A DNA stretch of 64,000 bases from a virus (lineage: Duplodnaviria > Caudoviricetes). The stretch spans positions 1,194 to 65,193 of IMG/VR virus record IMGVR_UViG_3300035670_000192; one strand, given 5' to 3'. Under the pieces are notes generated by a model that searched no databases, had not been told where the DNA came from, and saw only the letters and a program-made list of their open reading frames with translations. The position numbers were made by a program, and so were the translations under genes. Positions 28,087-39,115 of this stretch are shown one piece after another (the first letter of the stretch is position 1; the number at the start of each line of letters is the position of its first letter).

Positions 28087-30765
28087 ATGGCAGGTAAACT
28101 AAAAGGCACATCAATCAGAAGTGGTTCACTAACAACCACACAGTTAAACAATTCTTTAACTGAAACGATTTCTTCTGGTGGTGGACCGAAAATAAAATCT
28201 TTAACTTACGTCGGATCAAACACTGCTGCGAACACTGGCGGTGGAGAAACTCTTTATTTGACAGGTTCTGGTTTCAATTCAAACTTTAGCATATACATTA
28301 ACGGAAACACGGTTTCAACGACAACATTTAATAGTTCAAGTAATATTTCTTTTACAACGCCTGCATTATCTGCCTGCACTTATCCAGTTTATTTGGTAAA
28401 CAATAATGACGGTGCAATGGCAATATTAGTTCCAGGAATACAGTATTCAACTTCCCCTGTATGGACAACGGCTGCAACGTTGGACGAAATTCCAGGAACT
28501 GAAGTCGCTTGGAATATACAATTGGCTGCAACCAGCGATAGTAATATAACGTACACTCTTGCTGACGGTAGTTCTTTGCCATCAGGAATTACATTAGCAT
28601 CAAATGGTGCATTGACAGGTACTTTATCTTCACCATCTGCTGAAGACACAACTTATAACTTTACTGTCGTTGCAACAGACGTGGAAAATCAAGTACAGTC
28701 TCGTGCATTTAGTGTGACTGTTACGGTTACAGATCCACAGTTCTATCTTACGACTCTACTTCTTCATGGTGATGGAACGAATAATCAAACGAATCATTCG
28801 TTTATAGATTCCTCAAATAATGCGTATAGTTTGACCAGAGGTGGTAATGCAACGCAAGGTACTTTCTCGCCGTTTAGTCCAGTTGGTTGGAGTAACTATT
28901 TTGATGGAACTGGAGACTATTTGACTGCACCTGCTACCGATCAGTTCGCATTCGGCACTGGTGCGTGGACAGTAGAGTTTTGGGTGTATCCTCTTGCTTA
29001 TGGTAGTTCAGTCGCTGGCGGTCAACTTTTCGGAACAGTGAATGGTGCATCGTCTGGTTATTCGATTAATCTCGGAACCAGTAACAGCACATTCAGAATC
29101 ATATCAAACGCCACAGGAACTTGGGCTGACAATTTACAAGTGGAAACGGGTGGTGGACCAGCATTAAATACCTGGTCTCATATGGCGATTACCAGAGATG
29201 GTGCAAATTTAAGCATCTATAAAAACGGCACGCGTGTTGCAAATACCTCATCTGCTACTTCTTGGAATTTTACAGGCTCAACTGGTGTGATTGGTCGATT
29301 TAATGATGGATCAACTACAAGAGAATTTAACGGCTATCTTTCAAACTTGCGCGTTGTGAAAGGCACTGCTGTTTATGATCCAACTCAATCTTCTATAACA
29401 GTTCCAACTGCTGCTTTGACCGCAGTAAGCAACACACAATTATTGACTTGTCAAAATAGTCGCTTTTTGGACAATAGCACTAATGCATTTACGATAACTC
29501 GCGTTGGCGATACAGCAATTCAGCCATTTTCTCCACTCAAACCAACAGCTGCTTATTCAACAGCAAATGTTGGCGGTAGTGTCTATCTTGATGGATCTGG
29601 CGATTATGTTGAAGTTTCGAACGCAATGAATCTTGGAACTTCAGAATTCACAATTGAGTTTTGGATGTATCCATTAACACAATATGCTGATGGAAGTAAT
29701 ATTTCTATTTTAAGTGGAGAAGCAGCATCACAAGGTGCAACTGGATGGGGAATGGGTTTAACTTCATATAATGGTTTTAATGGCTTAACACTTGGCTCTG
29801 GTACTTACGGTCAAGGCACTGGTGGCGATTATGTCGATAATTATTGGGGAAGAAAAAATTGTTGGGATCATATTGTATGGCAAAGAAGAAATTCAGTATT
29901 GGAATGTTATATTAATGGAGTTTCTCAATCATTGAGCAGTTTCTCGGAAGGTAATGGTTCTACTAGCGATACTAAAGATTTTAGTGGCAGTAATACAACT
30001 AAACGATTAGGAACCGATTTGGGTGGTGGCGGTCCATTCCATGGTTATATTTCAGGATTCAGAATTGTTTCTGGTAATGCAGTTTATGCTGGTAACTTTA
30101 CTCCACCAACTTCACCACCAACAAATATTGCAAATACTAAATGGTTGATGACATTTACCAATGCTGGCGTTATTGACAGCACTTCTAGAAATGTTATTGA
30201 GACTGTTGGTGATGCGAAAGTTAATACCGCAATTAAAAAATATGGTACAGGATCTATTGCGTTTGATGGTGTATCTGATGAATTAAAGATTAAATCGTCA
30301 ACTTTGCTAGATTTTGAATCTGACTTCACCATTGAATTTTGGGCGTATATTAATACTCTTGAAGATAATATGCGTTTATTTACGCGCCAAGTGTACACAA
30401 GTTCACCTAATATCGAAATGCAAACTAAGGCAGACGGTTCTCTTGTGGCAAGATTAAATAACACTTCAGCTACACCTACGACAGTAAGTTCAGCTGGTGT
30501 ATTGACGACTGGCGCTTGGTATCATATAGCCTTTGTGCGGTACGGTTCAGCAACTAATAATGTGAATGTGTATGTTAATGGGAATTCTGTAATTTCGTTT
30601 ACTCAAACTTCTGCTTGCAACCCTGCTGCAGATTTGTATATTGGTAATTATCCAGGGTTGGATAGAACTCCTAACTGCTATATTGACGATTTCCGTATCA
30701 CAAAAGGATATGCTCGATACACTTCTAACTTCACAGCGCCGACGGCTGCGTTTAAAGATAAATAA
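28087..30765 (+). CDS. IPT/TIG + Ig-like + three LamG/ConA-like domains; putative receptor-binding fibre
   Basis: Repeated FDG.GDY…FTIEFW…W.H.A…GY.S..R blocks. Confidence 0.8.
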   Translation: MAGKLKGTSIRSGSLTTTQLNNSLTETISSGGGPKIKSLTYVGSNTAANTGGGETLYLTGSGFNSNFSIYINGNTVSTTTFNSSSNISFTTPALSACTYPVYLVNNNDGAMAILVPGIQYSTSPVWTTAATLDEIPGTEVAWNIQLAATSDSNITYTLADGSSLPSGITLASNGALTGTLSSPSAEDTTYNFTVVATDVENQVQSRAFSVTVTVTDPQFYLTTLLLHGDGTNNQTNHSFIDSSNNAYSLTRGGNATQGTFSPFSPVGWSNYFDGTGDYLTAPATDQFAFGTGAWTVEFWVYPLAYGSSVAGGQLFGTVNGASSGYSINLGTSNSTFRIISNATGTWADNLQVETGGGPALNTWSHMAITRDGANLSIYKNGTRVANTSSATSWNFTGSTGVIGRFNDGSTTREFNGYLSNLRVVKGTAVYDPTQSSITVPTAALTAVSNTQLLTCQNSRFLDNSTNAFTITRVGDTAIQPFSPLKPTAAYSTANVGGSVYLDGSGDYVEVSNAMNLGTSEFTIEFWMYPLTQYADGSNISILSGEAASQGATGWGMGLTSYNGFNGLTLGSGTYGQGTGGDYVDNYWGRKNCWDHIVWQRRNSVLECYINGVSQSLSSFSEGNGSTSDTKDFSGSNTTKRLGTDLGGGGPFHGYISGFRIVSGNAVYAGNFTPPTSPPTNIANTKWLMTFTNAGVIDSTSRNVIETVGDAKVNTAIKKYGTGSIAFDGVSDELKIKSSTLLDFESDFTIEFWAYINTLEDNMRLFTRQVYTSSPNIEMQTKADGSLVARLNNTSATPTTVSSAGVLTTGAWYHIAFVRYGSATNNVNVYVNGNSVISFTQTSACNPAADLYIGNYPGLDRTPNCYIDDFRITKGYARYTSNFTAPTAAFKDK

Positions 30766-30779
30766 TCAGGTGATTGTAA

Positions 30780-31145
30780 ATGCCAGATAAACTTCCAGGA
30801 ACATCAATTCAAAGCGGAACGATTCAAATCGAAACCTTTTCGTCAGCGCTCAGCGAACAAATCTCGAGTGGTGGTCCAAAGGTAAGCAATTTGATCTATT
30901 TCGGTGCAAATAATTCAGCAAGTGCATCTGGTGGTCAAACAATCACATTAAATGGTTCGAATTTCGATTCAAATGTAACTGTGTATATTGAAGGAAATGC
31001 GGCACCATCAGTTACTTACATTAGCGCAAGTAACGTACAATTTACGACTCCAGCATTATCAGTAGGAACGTATCTAGTTTATGCGATTAATCCAGACGGT
31101 GGCTTTGGAATTAGCGTGCCTGGATTATCTGTAACGAGTTATTGA
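30780..31145 (+). CDS. Stand-alone leader + IPT/TIG protein
   Basis: Contains only the shared N-terminal module of the paralogs. Confidence 0.7.
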   Translation: MPDKLPGTSIQSGTIQIETFSSALSEQISSGGPKVSNLIYFGANNSASASGGQTITLNGSNFDSNVTVYIEGNAAPSVTYISASNVQFTTPALSVGTYLVYAINPDGGFGISVPGLSVTSY

Positions 31146-31156
31146 GGAAGGTTTAA

Positions 31157-34100
31157 ATGCCAAATAAACTATCAGGAACAGCGATTCAAAGTGGTACGAT
31201 CACTTCAACTCAGCTGTCAGCGACTTTGACGACAACAATTGAGTCTGGCGGTGGTCCGAAGATCGCATCCATTATCTATCCTGGTGACGATACTGCTGCA
31301 AACACAAATGGTGGTCAAACGCTATACATCACAGGTTCAGGTTTTAAATCAAACTCAACAGTTTATATTAATGGCAATAACGTTCCTTCCGTTTCTTATA
31401 TCAGCGCAAGCAATTTGTCTTTCACAGGTCCTGCTCTTTCTTCAGCATCATATCCTGTTTATGTGATTAATCCAGAGGATGGCGCAACTGCAATTTTAAT
31501 TCCAGGTCTTCAAGTTTCTGGTGAGCCAAGTTGGGTTACTGATGCTACATTGTCTGAGCAAGATGCTGCTGGTGCTTGGAATATCTCTCTATCCGCAACT
31601 GGTGATGCTCCATTAACTTATGCTCTTGCTGCTGGTAGTTCTTTACCAACGGGCATCTCTTTGGCTTCAAACGGCGTCATTAGTGGTACAATCACAACAC
31701 CACCAGAAGCAGATACAACTTACAATTTCACTGTTGTTGCGACTGACGCGCAAAATCAAGATTCATCAAGAGCGTTTAGTGTAACCGCAAAAACTGGTGA
31801 AGGTCTACTATTTGCGAATAATGTTCTACTAATCCATGCTGATGGCACAAACAATCAGAACAATCATACGTTCTTAGATTCATCAAATAATAACTTCACA
31901 ATCACAAGATACGGTAATGCTTCACAAGGTTCATATAGTCCACACAGTCAAACTGGTTGGAGTAATTATTTTGATGGTAGTGGAGATTATTTTGCTGCAT
32001 CAAATCAAATCTCAAATTTTGGAACAGGCGATTTTACGATAGAGTGTTGGGTTTATAAGACTGGCACAACTAGTGTTGTTTTATCAAATCAAGACGGCGG
32101 TACAGATGCGAATTATTTCGTGCTTGATGCAATAAATGCTAATGTAACATTTCAAATTCGAGATAACAGTTCGCAAGCATATGCGTATGGTCCAGCAATG
32201 GCAAACAATACATGGACTCATATTGCGGTAACAAGAAGCAGCAATTCAGTCAAAGTATTTGTAAATGGTGTTTCTGGTGATGCTGTAACAATATCAAAGA
32301 GTGTAACCTCAAGGCAATTCCTTATTGGCGCATTTTTATATACAGGATTTGAAACTTATTTTGGTGGATACATTTCAAATGTTCGTGTTGTTAAAGGCAC
32401 TGCTCTATACACTTCTAACTTCACACCATCAACAACACCACTGCAGCCAGTCACAAATACTTCTATTTTGACTTGTCAATCAAATCGATTTGTTGATGAA
32501 GGTCCGAATAATTACACACTTACTCGCAATGGCGACATTTCGGTGCAACCGTTTGGTCCATTTGCTCCTGTTATAACGACTGCTAATAGTAACAGTGTTT
32601 ACTTTGATGGGAGTGGAGATTATTTGACAACTGCAAGTGATGCAGCATTTGGTTTTGGGACAGGCGATTTTACGATTGAGGGTTGGATTTACACAAACAG
32701 CTCATCTACACAAAGAATAATCAGTAGTTCTGAGAATAATGGTGAGTTGCTGTTAGTGAATTCTGGCGGCAACGTTTATTTAAATTGGTTTGATGGTTCT
32801 TCTGACTTTGGTAATAGTTCAAATTTCGTTCCGCAAAATTCTTGGGCACATGTAGCAGTAACAAGATCTTCTGGAAGCGTTAGACTTTTCATAAATGGAA
32901 CTTTATCTAATACTCCAGCAACAAGCACTAGAAGTTATGGTACAAGATCAGTTACTGTAGGTATATATGGTGGTGACAACTCAACTCAACCATTTAATGG
33001 AAGTATCTCTAATCTTCGAATTTTAAAAGGAACGGCGCTTTATACATCATCATTTACAGTTCCGACATCACCACTTACTGCGATATCAAATACATCTCTA
33101 CTCACTTGTCAATCTACAACGTTTATTGACAACAGCACAAATGCATTAGCCATCACTCCAAGCGGTAATGTTCGACCAAGATCGTTTAATCCATTCGGAT
33201 ATGTCAACACTGCTTCTGCATACTCAACAGCGAATGTTGGTGGTAGTGCGTACTTTGATGGAAGTGGGGATTATTTGTCTGCACCAGACAGCACAGCATA
33301 TGATTTCGGTACAGGCGATTTTACTGTAGAGGCTTGGATATATCCAACAACTGCGAGTGGAGTAAGAATTCTAGTAGGGCAATATTCAGGCTCAGATGGA
33401 TTCTCGTTAGAATTAACAAACACAAATACATTAACAGTATGGCTAGAAGGATCAACTATCGCTACTTCTAGCGGAACTGTTATCGCAAATGCATGGAATC
33501 ATGTTGCAGTATCTAGAAGTGGTTCTTCACTACGATTGTTTATAAATGGGGCTGTTGACGGAACTGCCACAAATTCAACAAACATTTCTGGATCTTCAAG
33601 TGCGCTTTATATTTCTAGCAGCGCTTCTACTCCTGGCGCTGGAGTGTTTACTGGATATATGTCTGGAGTTCGAGTTGTGAAGGGTACTGCAGTTTATACT
33701 GGAGCATTCGCGTTACCGTCTGCACCACCAACTAACATCGCCAACACATCTTTACTTCTCAACTTCACCAACGCTGGCATCTTCGACCAAACAGCGAAGA
33801 ATGTGATTGAAACCGTCGGTGATGCAAAGGTCAGCACAGCACAGTTTAAGTATGGTAGTGCGTCGATGTACTTTGATGGAACTGGCGATTATTTGACTAT
33901 ACCAGATAGTCAATCGTTCAACTTCGGTTCTGGTGATTTTACAATTGAAATGTGGATATACTTTAATGCATTCTCTGACGGTAAAGCGATTATAACAAAG
34001 GGGTGGTCGACTGTTAATGCACCTTTCCTCATATACACGGATGGTGTACAAAACAAAGTAAAATTCTACAGCTCTTCAAATGGTAGCACATGGAATATCG

Positions 34101-34381
34101 CTGATGGTATTGCAGTATTGAATTCCCCATCAACTGGTCAATGGTATCATATAGCAGTAACTAGAAGTGGAAGTACGTTTAGAACGTTTGCTAATGGAAC
34201 CGAAACAGCAAATGTAACCTCGTCAGCTGCAGTATATTCGACAACTCAACCAGTAACGATTGGTTCTGGAACAGGCAGTACATCGATAAATGCATATATT
34301 GACGATCTTCGTATCACCAAGGGCTATGCTCGCTACACCTCTAACTTCACAGCACCAACTTCTGCGTTGAAGGATAAGTAA
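31157..34381 (+). CDS. IPT/TIG + Ig-like + four LamG/ConA-like domains; putative receptor-binding fibre
   Basis: Four YFDG.GDY…FGTGDFT.E.W blocks; C-terminus shared with 28087. Confidence 0.8.
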   Translation: MPNKLSGTAIQSGTITSTQLSATLTTTIESGGGPKIASIIYPGDDTAANTNGGQTLYITGSGFKSNSTVYINGNNVPSVSYISASNLSFTGPALSSASYPVYVINPEDGATAILIPGLQVSGEPSWVTDATLSEQDAAGAWNISLSATGDAPLTYALAAGSSLPTGISLASNGVISGTITTPPEADTTYNFTVVATDAQNQDSSRAFSVTAKTGEGLLFANNVLLIHADGTNNQNNHTFLDSSNNNFTITRYGNASQGSYSPHSQTGWSNYFDGSGDYFAASNQISNFGTGDFTIECWVYKTGTTSVVLSNQDGGTDANYFVLDAINANVTFQIRDNSSQAYAYGPAMANNTWTHIAVTRSSNSVKVFVNGVSGDAVTISKSVTSRQFLIGAFLYTGFETYFGGYISNVRVVKGTALYTSNFTPSTTPLQPVTNTSILTCQSNRFVDEGPNNYTLTRNGDISVQPFGPFAPVITTANSNSVYFDGSGDYLTTASDAAFGFGTGDFTIEGWIYTNSSSTQRIISSSENNGELLLVNSGGNVYLNWFDGSSDFGNSSNFVPQNSWAHVAVTRSSGSVRLFINGTLSNTPATSTRSYGTRSVTVGIYGGDNSTQPFNGSISNLRILKGTALYTSSFTVPTSPLTAISNTSLLTCQSTTFIDNSTNALAITPSGNVRPRSFNPFGYVNTASAYSTANVGGSAYFDGSGDYLSAPDSTAYDFGTGDFTVEAWIYPTTASGVRILVGQYSGSDGFSLELTNTNTLTVWLEGSTIATSSGTVIANAWNHVAVSRSGSSLRLFINGAVDGTATNSTNISGSSSALYISSSASTPGAGVFTGYMSGVRVVKGTAVYTGAFALPSAPPTNIANTSLLLNFTNAGIFDQTAKNVIETVGDAKVSTAQFKYGSASMYFDGTGDYLTIPDSQSFNFGSGDFTIEMWIYFNAFSDGKAIITKGWSTVNAPFLIYTDGVQNKVKFYSSSNGSTWNIADGIAVLNSPSTGQWYHIAVTRSGSTFRTFANGTETANVTSSAAVYSTTQPVTIGSGTGSTSINAYIDDLRITKGYARYTSNFTAPTSALKDK

Positions 34382-34392
34382 TATCCGTATTG

Positions 34393-34400
34393 TATAAATA
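34393..34400 (+). promoter_or_regulatory. T4 late promoter TATAAATA
   Basis: Exact consensus, intergenic. Confidence 0.75.
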
Positions 34401-34515
34401 TAGAGTAAATAAAACAGAGAATTGATGAATTTTGTCATTTAACTGCTGATTTTCTAGTTTCTAGGAAACTAAATTATGTTTTTGTCATAAAGACATAAGA
34501 ATTTCAGGAGAAAAA

Positions 34516-36237
34516 ATGAAGAAGTTATTTCTTGCCCTACTATTCGCAGTAGGTGCATCTCAGGCATTCGGTCAAGCAACAGAGACCGTTTCAACATCTA
34601 CAGTCACTAGCACAAGCACTGTAGACACAACGTCCACGAACACCAACACAAATACCAACACGAACACGAACTATAACACAGACGTGTCAACATCAACTTC
34701 GACGAGCGATAATACCAACACAAATTATAACACAAATACGTCGACTTCGACGAGTGATAATACTAACACGAATTATAATACAAATACGTCGACTTCAACA
34801 AGCGACAACACCAACACTAACTACAATACAAATACTTCGACGTCTACTTCGACGAGCGATAATACCAACACGAACGTCAATACAAATACGTCAACATCCA
34901 CAAATACGAATACCAACTATAATAATATGTCTGGTGAGGTGACGTATAATAACAACAATACTACAACTTCGACGAACACGAATAATAATAACAATACGTC
35001 GACGGTAACAAGTACAAACACGAATAATAATACGTCAACAAACACCAATTACAATTATGGTGATACAACGACGAATAATACAAACACGAATGTAAACACA
35101 AACACTTCTACCTCGACAAACACGAATAATAACAACAATGTAAATACGTCGACTGCAACCAACACAAATATGAACACGAATGTGAATACGTCAACTGCTA
35201 CTAACAATAACAATAACGTAAACACTTCGACTTCATCTAATACAAATAATAACACCAACACAAACTATAACGTAAACAGTGGAACTCAGACGTTCAATAA
35301 TAACAATAACACGAACGTAACTTCCAACAATACAAATACGAATGTTAATAACACAACATCCAACAATACAAACACGAACTTTAATAATAATGTTTCAACA
35401 TCTACGAACGTGAACACGAATAATAATAACAATAACAGCGTTTCTGTGAATACAAATAATAACAATAACGTGAGCACTTCTACCAATACGAACAATAACA
35501 ATAATAATCTATCTGGTGAAGTAACATATAATAATAACAACACAAATAACACTACTGTAAACTCGAATAATAAAAACGAGAATGTGAATACATCTACTTC
35601 AACAAACACCAATAATAACAACAACGTTTCCACAAACACGAACTATAATAATAGTGTAAGCAATAGTGTTTCAAACAACACAAACAAAAACGAAAATGTC
35701 AACACCTCAACAAGTGTGAACAAGAACGAAAACGTGAATAAGAGCGAAAGCACAAGTCAGAGTAACGTGAAAACAGAGAACACGAATACGAATATCAATC
35801 GTAACGAAAACATTACAAAGTCTGAAACAACAATTAAAGCACCTCCTGCTAGTGCTATCGCTCCAATGATCTCAACATATAGCCAAGACGTCTGCGTGTC
35901 AGGCGTTTCTGGCGCTGTTCAGACTCAAGTCTTTGGTCTTTCTGCTGGTAAAGCCGTTCGCGATATGAATTGCGAAAGATTAAAATTATCAAAGACTCTA
36001 TACGACATGGGCATGAAAGTTGCTGCTGTATCAATGATGTGTCAAGACGAAAGAGTCTTCAAGGCTATGGAAATGGCTGGCACACCTTGCCCATATATGG
36101 GTAAGATTGGTAAGGATGCAACAGAACAGTGGAATGAAAATAAAGAAGATCGTCCAGACTTCAAAAAGAAGTGGTGGAAAATTTGGGGTAACAACACAGA
36201 AACTTCTGAAGATCTACCAGTAGCATCTGGTGGCTAA
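34516..36237 (+). CDS. Exported Asn/Thr-repeat protein with a Cys-containing C-terminal domain
   Basis: Sec signal peptide; about 400 aa of N/T/S low complexity; C-terminal CVSGVSGAVQTQ…NCERLKL…MCQD…GTPCP. Confidence 0.75.
   Translation: MKKLFLALLFAVGASQAFGQATETVSTSTVTSTSTVDTTSTNTNTNTNTNTNYNTDVSTSTSTSDNTNTNYNTNTSTSTSDNTNTNYNTNTSTSTSDNTNTNYNTNTSTSTSTSDNTNTNVNTNTSTSTNTNTNYNNMSGEVTYNNNNTTTSTNTNNNNNTSTVTSTNTNNNTSTNTNYNYGDTTTNNTNTNVNTNTSTSTNTNNNNNVNTSTATNTNMNTNVNTSTATNNNNNVNTSTSSNTNNNTNTNYNVNSGTQTFNNNNNTNVTSNNTNTNVNNTTSNNTNTNFNNNVSTSTNVNTNNNNNNSVSVNTNNNNNVSTSTNTNNNNNNLSGEVTYNNNNTNNTTVNSNNKNENVNTSTSTNTNNNNNVSTNTNYNNSVSNSVSNNTNKNENVNTSTSVNKNENVNKSESTSQSNVKTENTNTNINRNENITKSETTIKAPPASAIAPMISTYSQDVCVSGVSGAVQTQVFGLSAGKAVRDMNCERLKLSKTLYDMGMKVAAVSMMCQDERVFKAMEMAGTPCPYMGKIGKDATEQWNENKEDRPDFKKKWWKIWGNNTETSEDLPVASGG
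34690..34880 (+). repeat. Degenerate 48-nt tandem repeat (TSTSDNTNTNYNTNTS, about 4 copies)
   Basis: Recurring acttcgacgag(c/t)gataatac(c/t)aacac unit. Confidence 0.8.
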
Positions 36238-38648
36238 TGAAGAATTTATTCCTTGCTCTATTAGTGGCAATGGTTGCTCCTGCCTTCGGGCAGGTTGCAG
36301 CCTACACTGATCCAGTTGCTGAACAAACATACACTGTTATTCAACAGCAAACAGCCACGCCTATTGAAGAAATAAAGAACACTGGTGGAATCGCATTGAC
36401 ATTATATGATGATGGTGTGTCTAATCCAATAGACTTGCCGTTTGAATTTTACTTTTATGGCAATCCATATGATTCTGTTTTCGTATCTCAAAACGGTTTT
36501 ATAAGTTTTACAAGTAATGCTAACGGATGCTGCTCTGGCAATGCATTGCCATTCTTTTCAGACAATCCTTATTATAATATGAACAATTCTATCTTTGGTA
36601 TGTGGTCTGATCTTGCAGATTTCAACAATCCTGGCAATCCATATTATCAATCATTCAATGATCGCTTTGTTGTTGGCTGGTATGGCGTTGATGAACTAGG
36701 AACATCAAATAAATTCACATACGAAATTACATTGTTTTCTAACAATGACTTTTCTATAAACTATGGATCATTTGATTATCTTGGTCCAACAGGAAGAACA
36801 TTTACTTCTGGTTTCCAAGGTGATCAGGCTGGTGAATCGTATCAAATCTATAATGGTAATAATCCAAGCGGTTTACAAAATACAACTTATTATGTTCAGT
36901 CCAGTGAAGTTGTACCAATACCTGAACCAGAACAACCAATTGCACCTGATTGCAATATAAACCCAACAGATCCAACTTGCATTATCAATTCGATAATTGA
37001 TGATCAAGAAGAAACCTATTTTGCTGACGAAAATTCTGGTTTTGACGATGGCTCTGATGATGGCGGTAGTGTATTTGAAGAAGAGGAAGAACAAGATATT
37101 GCCATAGAAGAAGAAACCTTTGTAGCAGCTGAAGATCCTATAGAAGAAGAAACATTTACCGAAGAACCTGAATCATTAGAGGAAATGTTAGCTGATGATG
37201 ATTCTGCAGATGAGAGTTTAGATAGTATTGAAGAAACTCTTGTTGCTAAAGAATTGAACGACGAGCAAAAATCAAACGAACTTGCTGATTCTATTGCAAC
37301 GAATGTACTAGAGGCAGCATTGGCAATCGCTGCTGATACAACAGCATTAAGTATTGGTGGTAGTTCTGGTTCACCTTCATCATCTACGAATAATGCAGCC
37401 AGTGCAGCATCAAATCAAACTGTAGAATCAGCAATTGAAGCGATCGAGTCAGCAACGCAATCAGAATCAACAACGTCTGAGACTCTAGTATTTGCTTCGA
37501 CGACAGAATCGGTGCAAGAAACGACAGCAGCTGCTGCCACAACTTCTGATGCTTCAGATTTAATCAGTTCAGATTTATCATCAGCAGATGCTCTCGATAT
37601 CCTAGAAACTGGACGCGCATTGGGTCAAGAGTCACTTTTGGCTACTATGAGTATGACAGAGATGGCTGCAACCGAATCCATGAATCAAGCAGAAAGTGTT
37701 GCTGTAGAATCTTCATCTGAATCATTAGTAGCCTCTGCTGCTTCTGTTGCCGAAACCGCTATAGTTGCATCCTTTGAAACACAAGAGCAGCAGCAATCAA
37801 ACGAAGTAGAAACTTCCAACATCGAAAGTTCAATTCAAGAACAAGCTGAACAAAATAACGAAACTCTTGTCGCTGATACTTCTATGGAACAAACTCAAGA
37901 AACTGTTTCTTTTGAAGTTGAGCAAGTTGCTGAATCTATGATACCTCAGCAATCTCAAGATTTTATGGTTGAGACGCAAACTGAAGAGGTTGTCGTTGCT
38001 GATACGAATGTCATTGAATCATCAAACGAAATGCAAGACACATCAATGATGGTAGAAAATACTCAAGAAGAGCAACAAAGCGCTGTTGAGTTTACTACCG
38101 TAGAACAAACTATGGAAATGTTTGCAGAAAATATCAACAGTCAAGTTCAATCAGAGCAAGAAGAACTTGAGAATAGTATTATTCAGCAAGCAATCGCGTC
38201 ATCACAACAAAGTGAAGACAATAACAGTATGGGCTTTGCGGAAGCAGAAGCAATGACAATAGCCAATGATCCTGCTCTCGCAAATGCTTTCAATGTTCAA
38301 CCCAATACAGCAAGTCTAGAATTGCTTGGTGTTCTTGGTAGCGCAGGTCAAGAAAAGTCTGACGCTGAACTTCGTGCTGAACAAGTCGTGGCAGCAAATA
38401 AAGAAGAACAAGATGCTATCAATGCAAACTATATGGAAGCAGATCAATCTGGTATTCTTGCTGCCATTGGTTCTGAAACTGATGTGAGTGCCTATAGAAC
38501 TGCGATGTTGAGAGATAATAATGTATGGTACAAACCAGAGGACATATACAAGGGCGTGATCATTAAAGACAACGTTCGTGGCTCATACTTTCTAGAAAAA
38601 GGAAATACAGACACTTATAAAAAGATGGTCGAAGAGCAATATAAGTAA
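36237..38648 (+). CDS. Exported protein with a NIDO-like N-domain and a long acidic region
   Basis: Signal peptide; DDG…LPFEFYFYG…SQNGFISF…WSDL; E/S/A/Q-rich stalk. Confidence 0.65.
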   Translation: MKNLFLALLVAMVAPAFGQVAAYTDPVAEQTYTVIQQQTATPIEEIKNTGGIALTLYDDGVSNPIDLPFEFYFYGNPYDSVFVSQNGFISFTSNANGCCSGNALPFFSDNPYYNMNNSIFGMWSDLADFNNPGNPYYQSFNDRFVVGWYGVDELGTSNKFTYEITLFSNNDFSINYGSFDYLGPTGRTFTSGFQGDQAGESYQIYNGNNPSGLQNTTYYVQSSEVVPIPEPEQPIAPDCNINPTDPTCIINSIIDDQEETYFADENSGFDDGSDDGGSVFEEEEEQDIAIEEETFVAAEDPIEEETFTEEPESLEEMLADDDSADESLDSIEETLVAKELNDEQKSNELADSIATNVLEAALAIAADTTALSIGGSSGSPSSSTNNAASAASNQTVESAIEAIESATQSESTTSETLVFASTTESVQETTAAAATTSDASDLISSDLSSADALDILETGRALGQESLLATMSMTEMAATESMNQAESVAVESSSESLVASAASVAETAIVASFETQEQQQSNEVETSNIESSIQEQAEQNNETLVADTSMEQTQETVSFEVEQVAESMIPQQSQDFMVETQTEEVVVADTNVIESSNEMQDTSMMVENTQEEQQSAVEFTTVEQTMEMFAENINSQVQSEQEELENSIIQQAIASSQQSEDNNSMGFAEAEAMTIANDPALANAFNVQPNTASLELLGVLGSAGQEKSDAELRAEQVVAANKEEQDAINANYMEADQSGILAAIGSETDVSAYRTAMLRDNNVWYKPEDIYKGVIIKDNVRGSYFLEKGNTDTYKKMVEEQYK

Positions 38649-39091
38649 TGCTAGCAGAACTCGCAGCAATTAATGCCGCATACGCTGTGATTAAAGAAGT
38701 GATAAGTAATGGCAGAGAACTCGGAGAATGCGCTGGGCACTTGGGCAACTTCTTTCATAATAAACAAAAATTAGAAACGAAAGTTGTCAATACCACCGCA
38801 ATCGAAAGAACTCAGTTAGAAGAATTTTTTGCTTTGGAAGAAGCACGAAGGAAAGAAAAAGAACTTAAAGATTATATGTTAATTGCAGGTCGACCTGGTT
38901 TATGGGATGACTGGATAAAGTTTCAAAGAGCGCATGCGCAGAAAGAATTGGAAGAGGCGCAAGCACGAAGAAGGGCTGCATTGATAGCAGCGCAAAAAGA
39001 AGAAGAATTGATTCTAATGACATGTATTGGAATTTTATTTTTTATATTTGTTGGAATTATATTTGGTTTTGTTTATATCATAACAAGATAA
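38648..39091 (+). CDS. Membrane-anchored hypothetical protein
   Basis: Coiled coil with a C-terminal TM segment. Confidence 0.65.
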   Translation: MLAELAAINAAYAVIKEVISNGRELGECAGHLGNFFHNKQKLETKVVNTTAIERTQLEEFFALEEARRKEKELKDYMLIAGRPGLWDDWIKFQRAHAQKELEEAQARRRAALIAAQKEEELILMTCIGILFFIFVGIIFGFVYIITR

Positions 39092-39115
39092 AAGTTTTAC
39101 AGAGGAATAGCATCG

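Noticed and set aside
28087-34381. Diversity-generating retroelement TR/VR pair suggested by similar 3' ends of the two LamG genes
   Set aside because: Differences are mostly synonymous and not adenine-specific, and there is no reverse transcriptase in the window; this is ordinary paralogy
34640-35820. CRISPR-like array
   Set aside because: The repeats are in-frame, degenerate at third positions and have no unique spacers; they are coding low-complexity sequence
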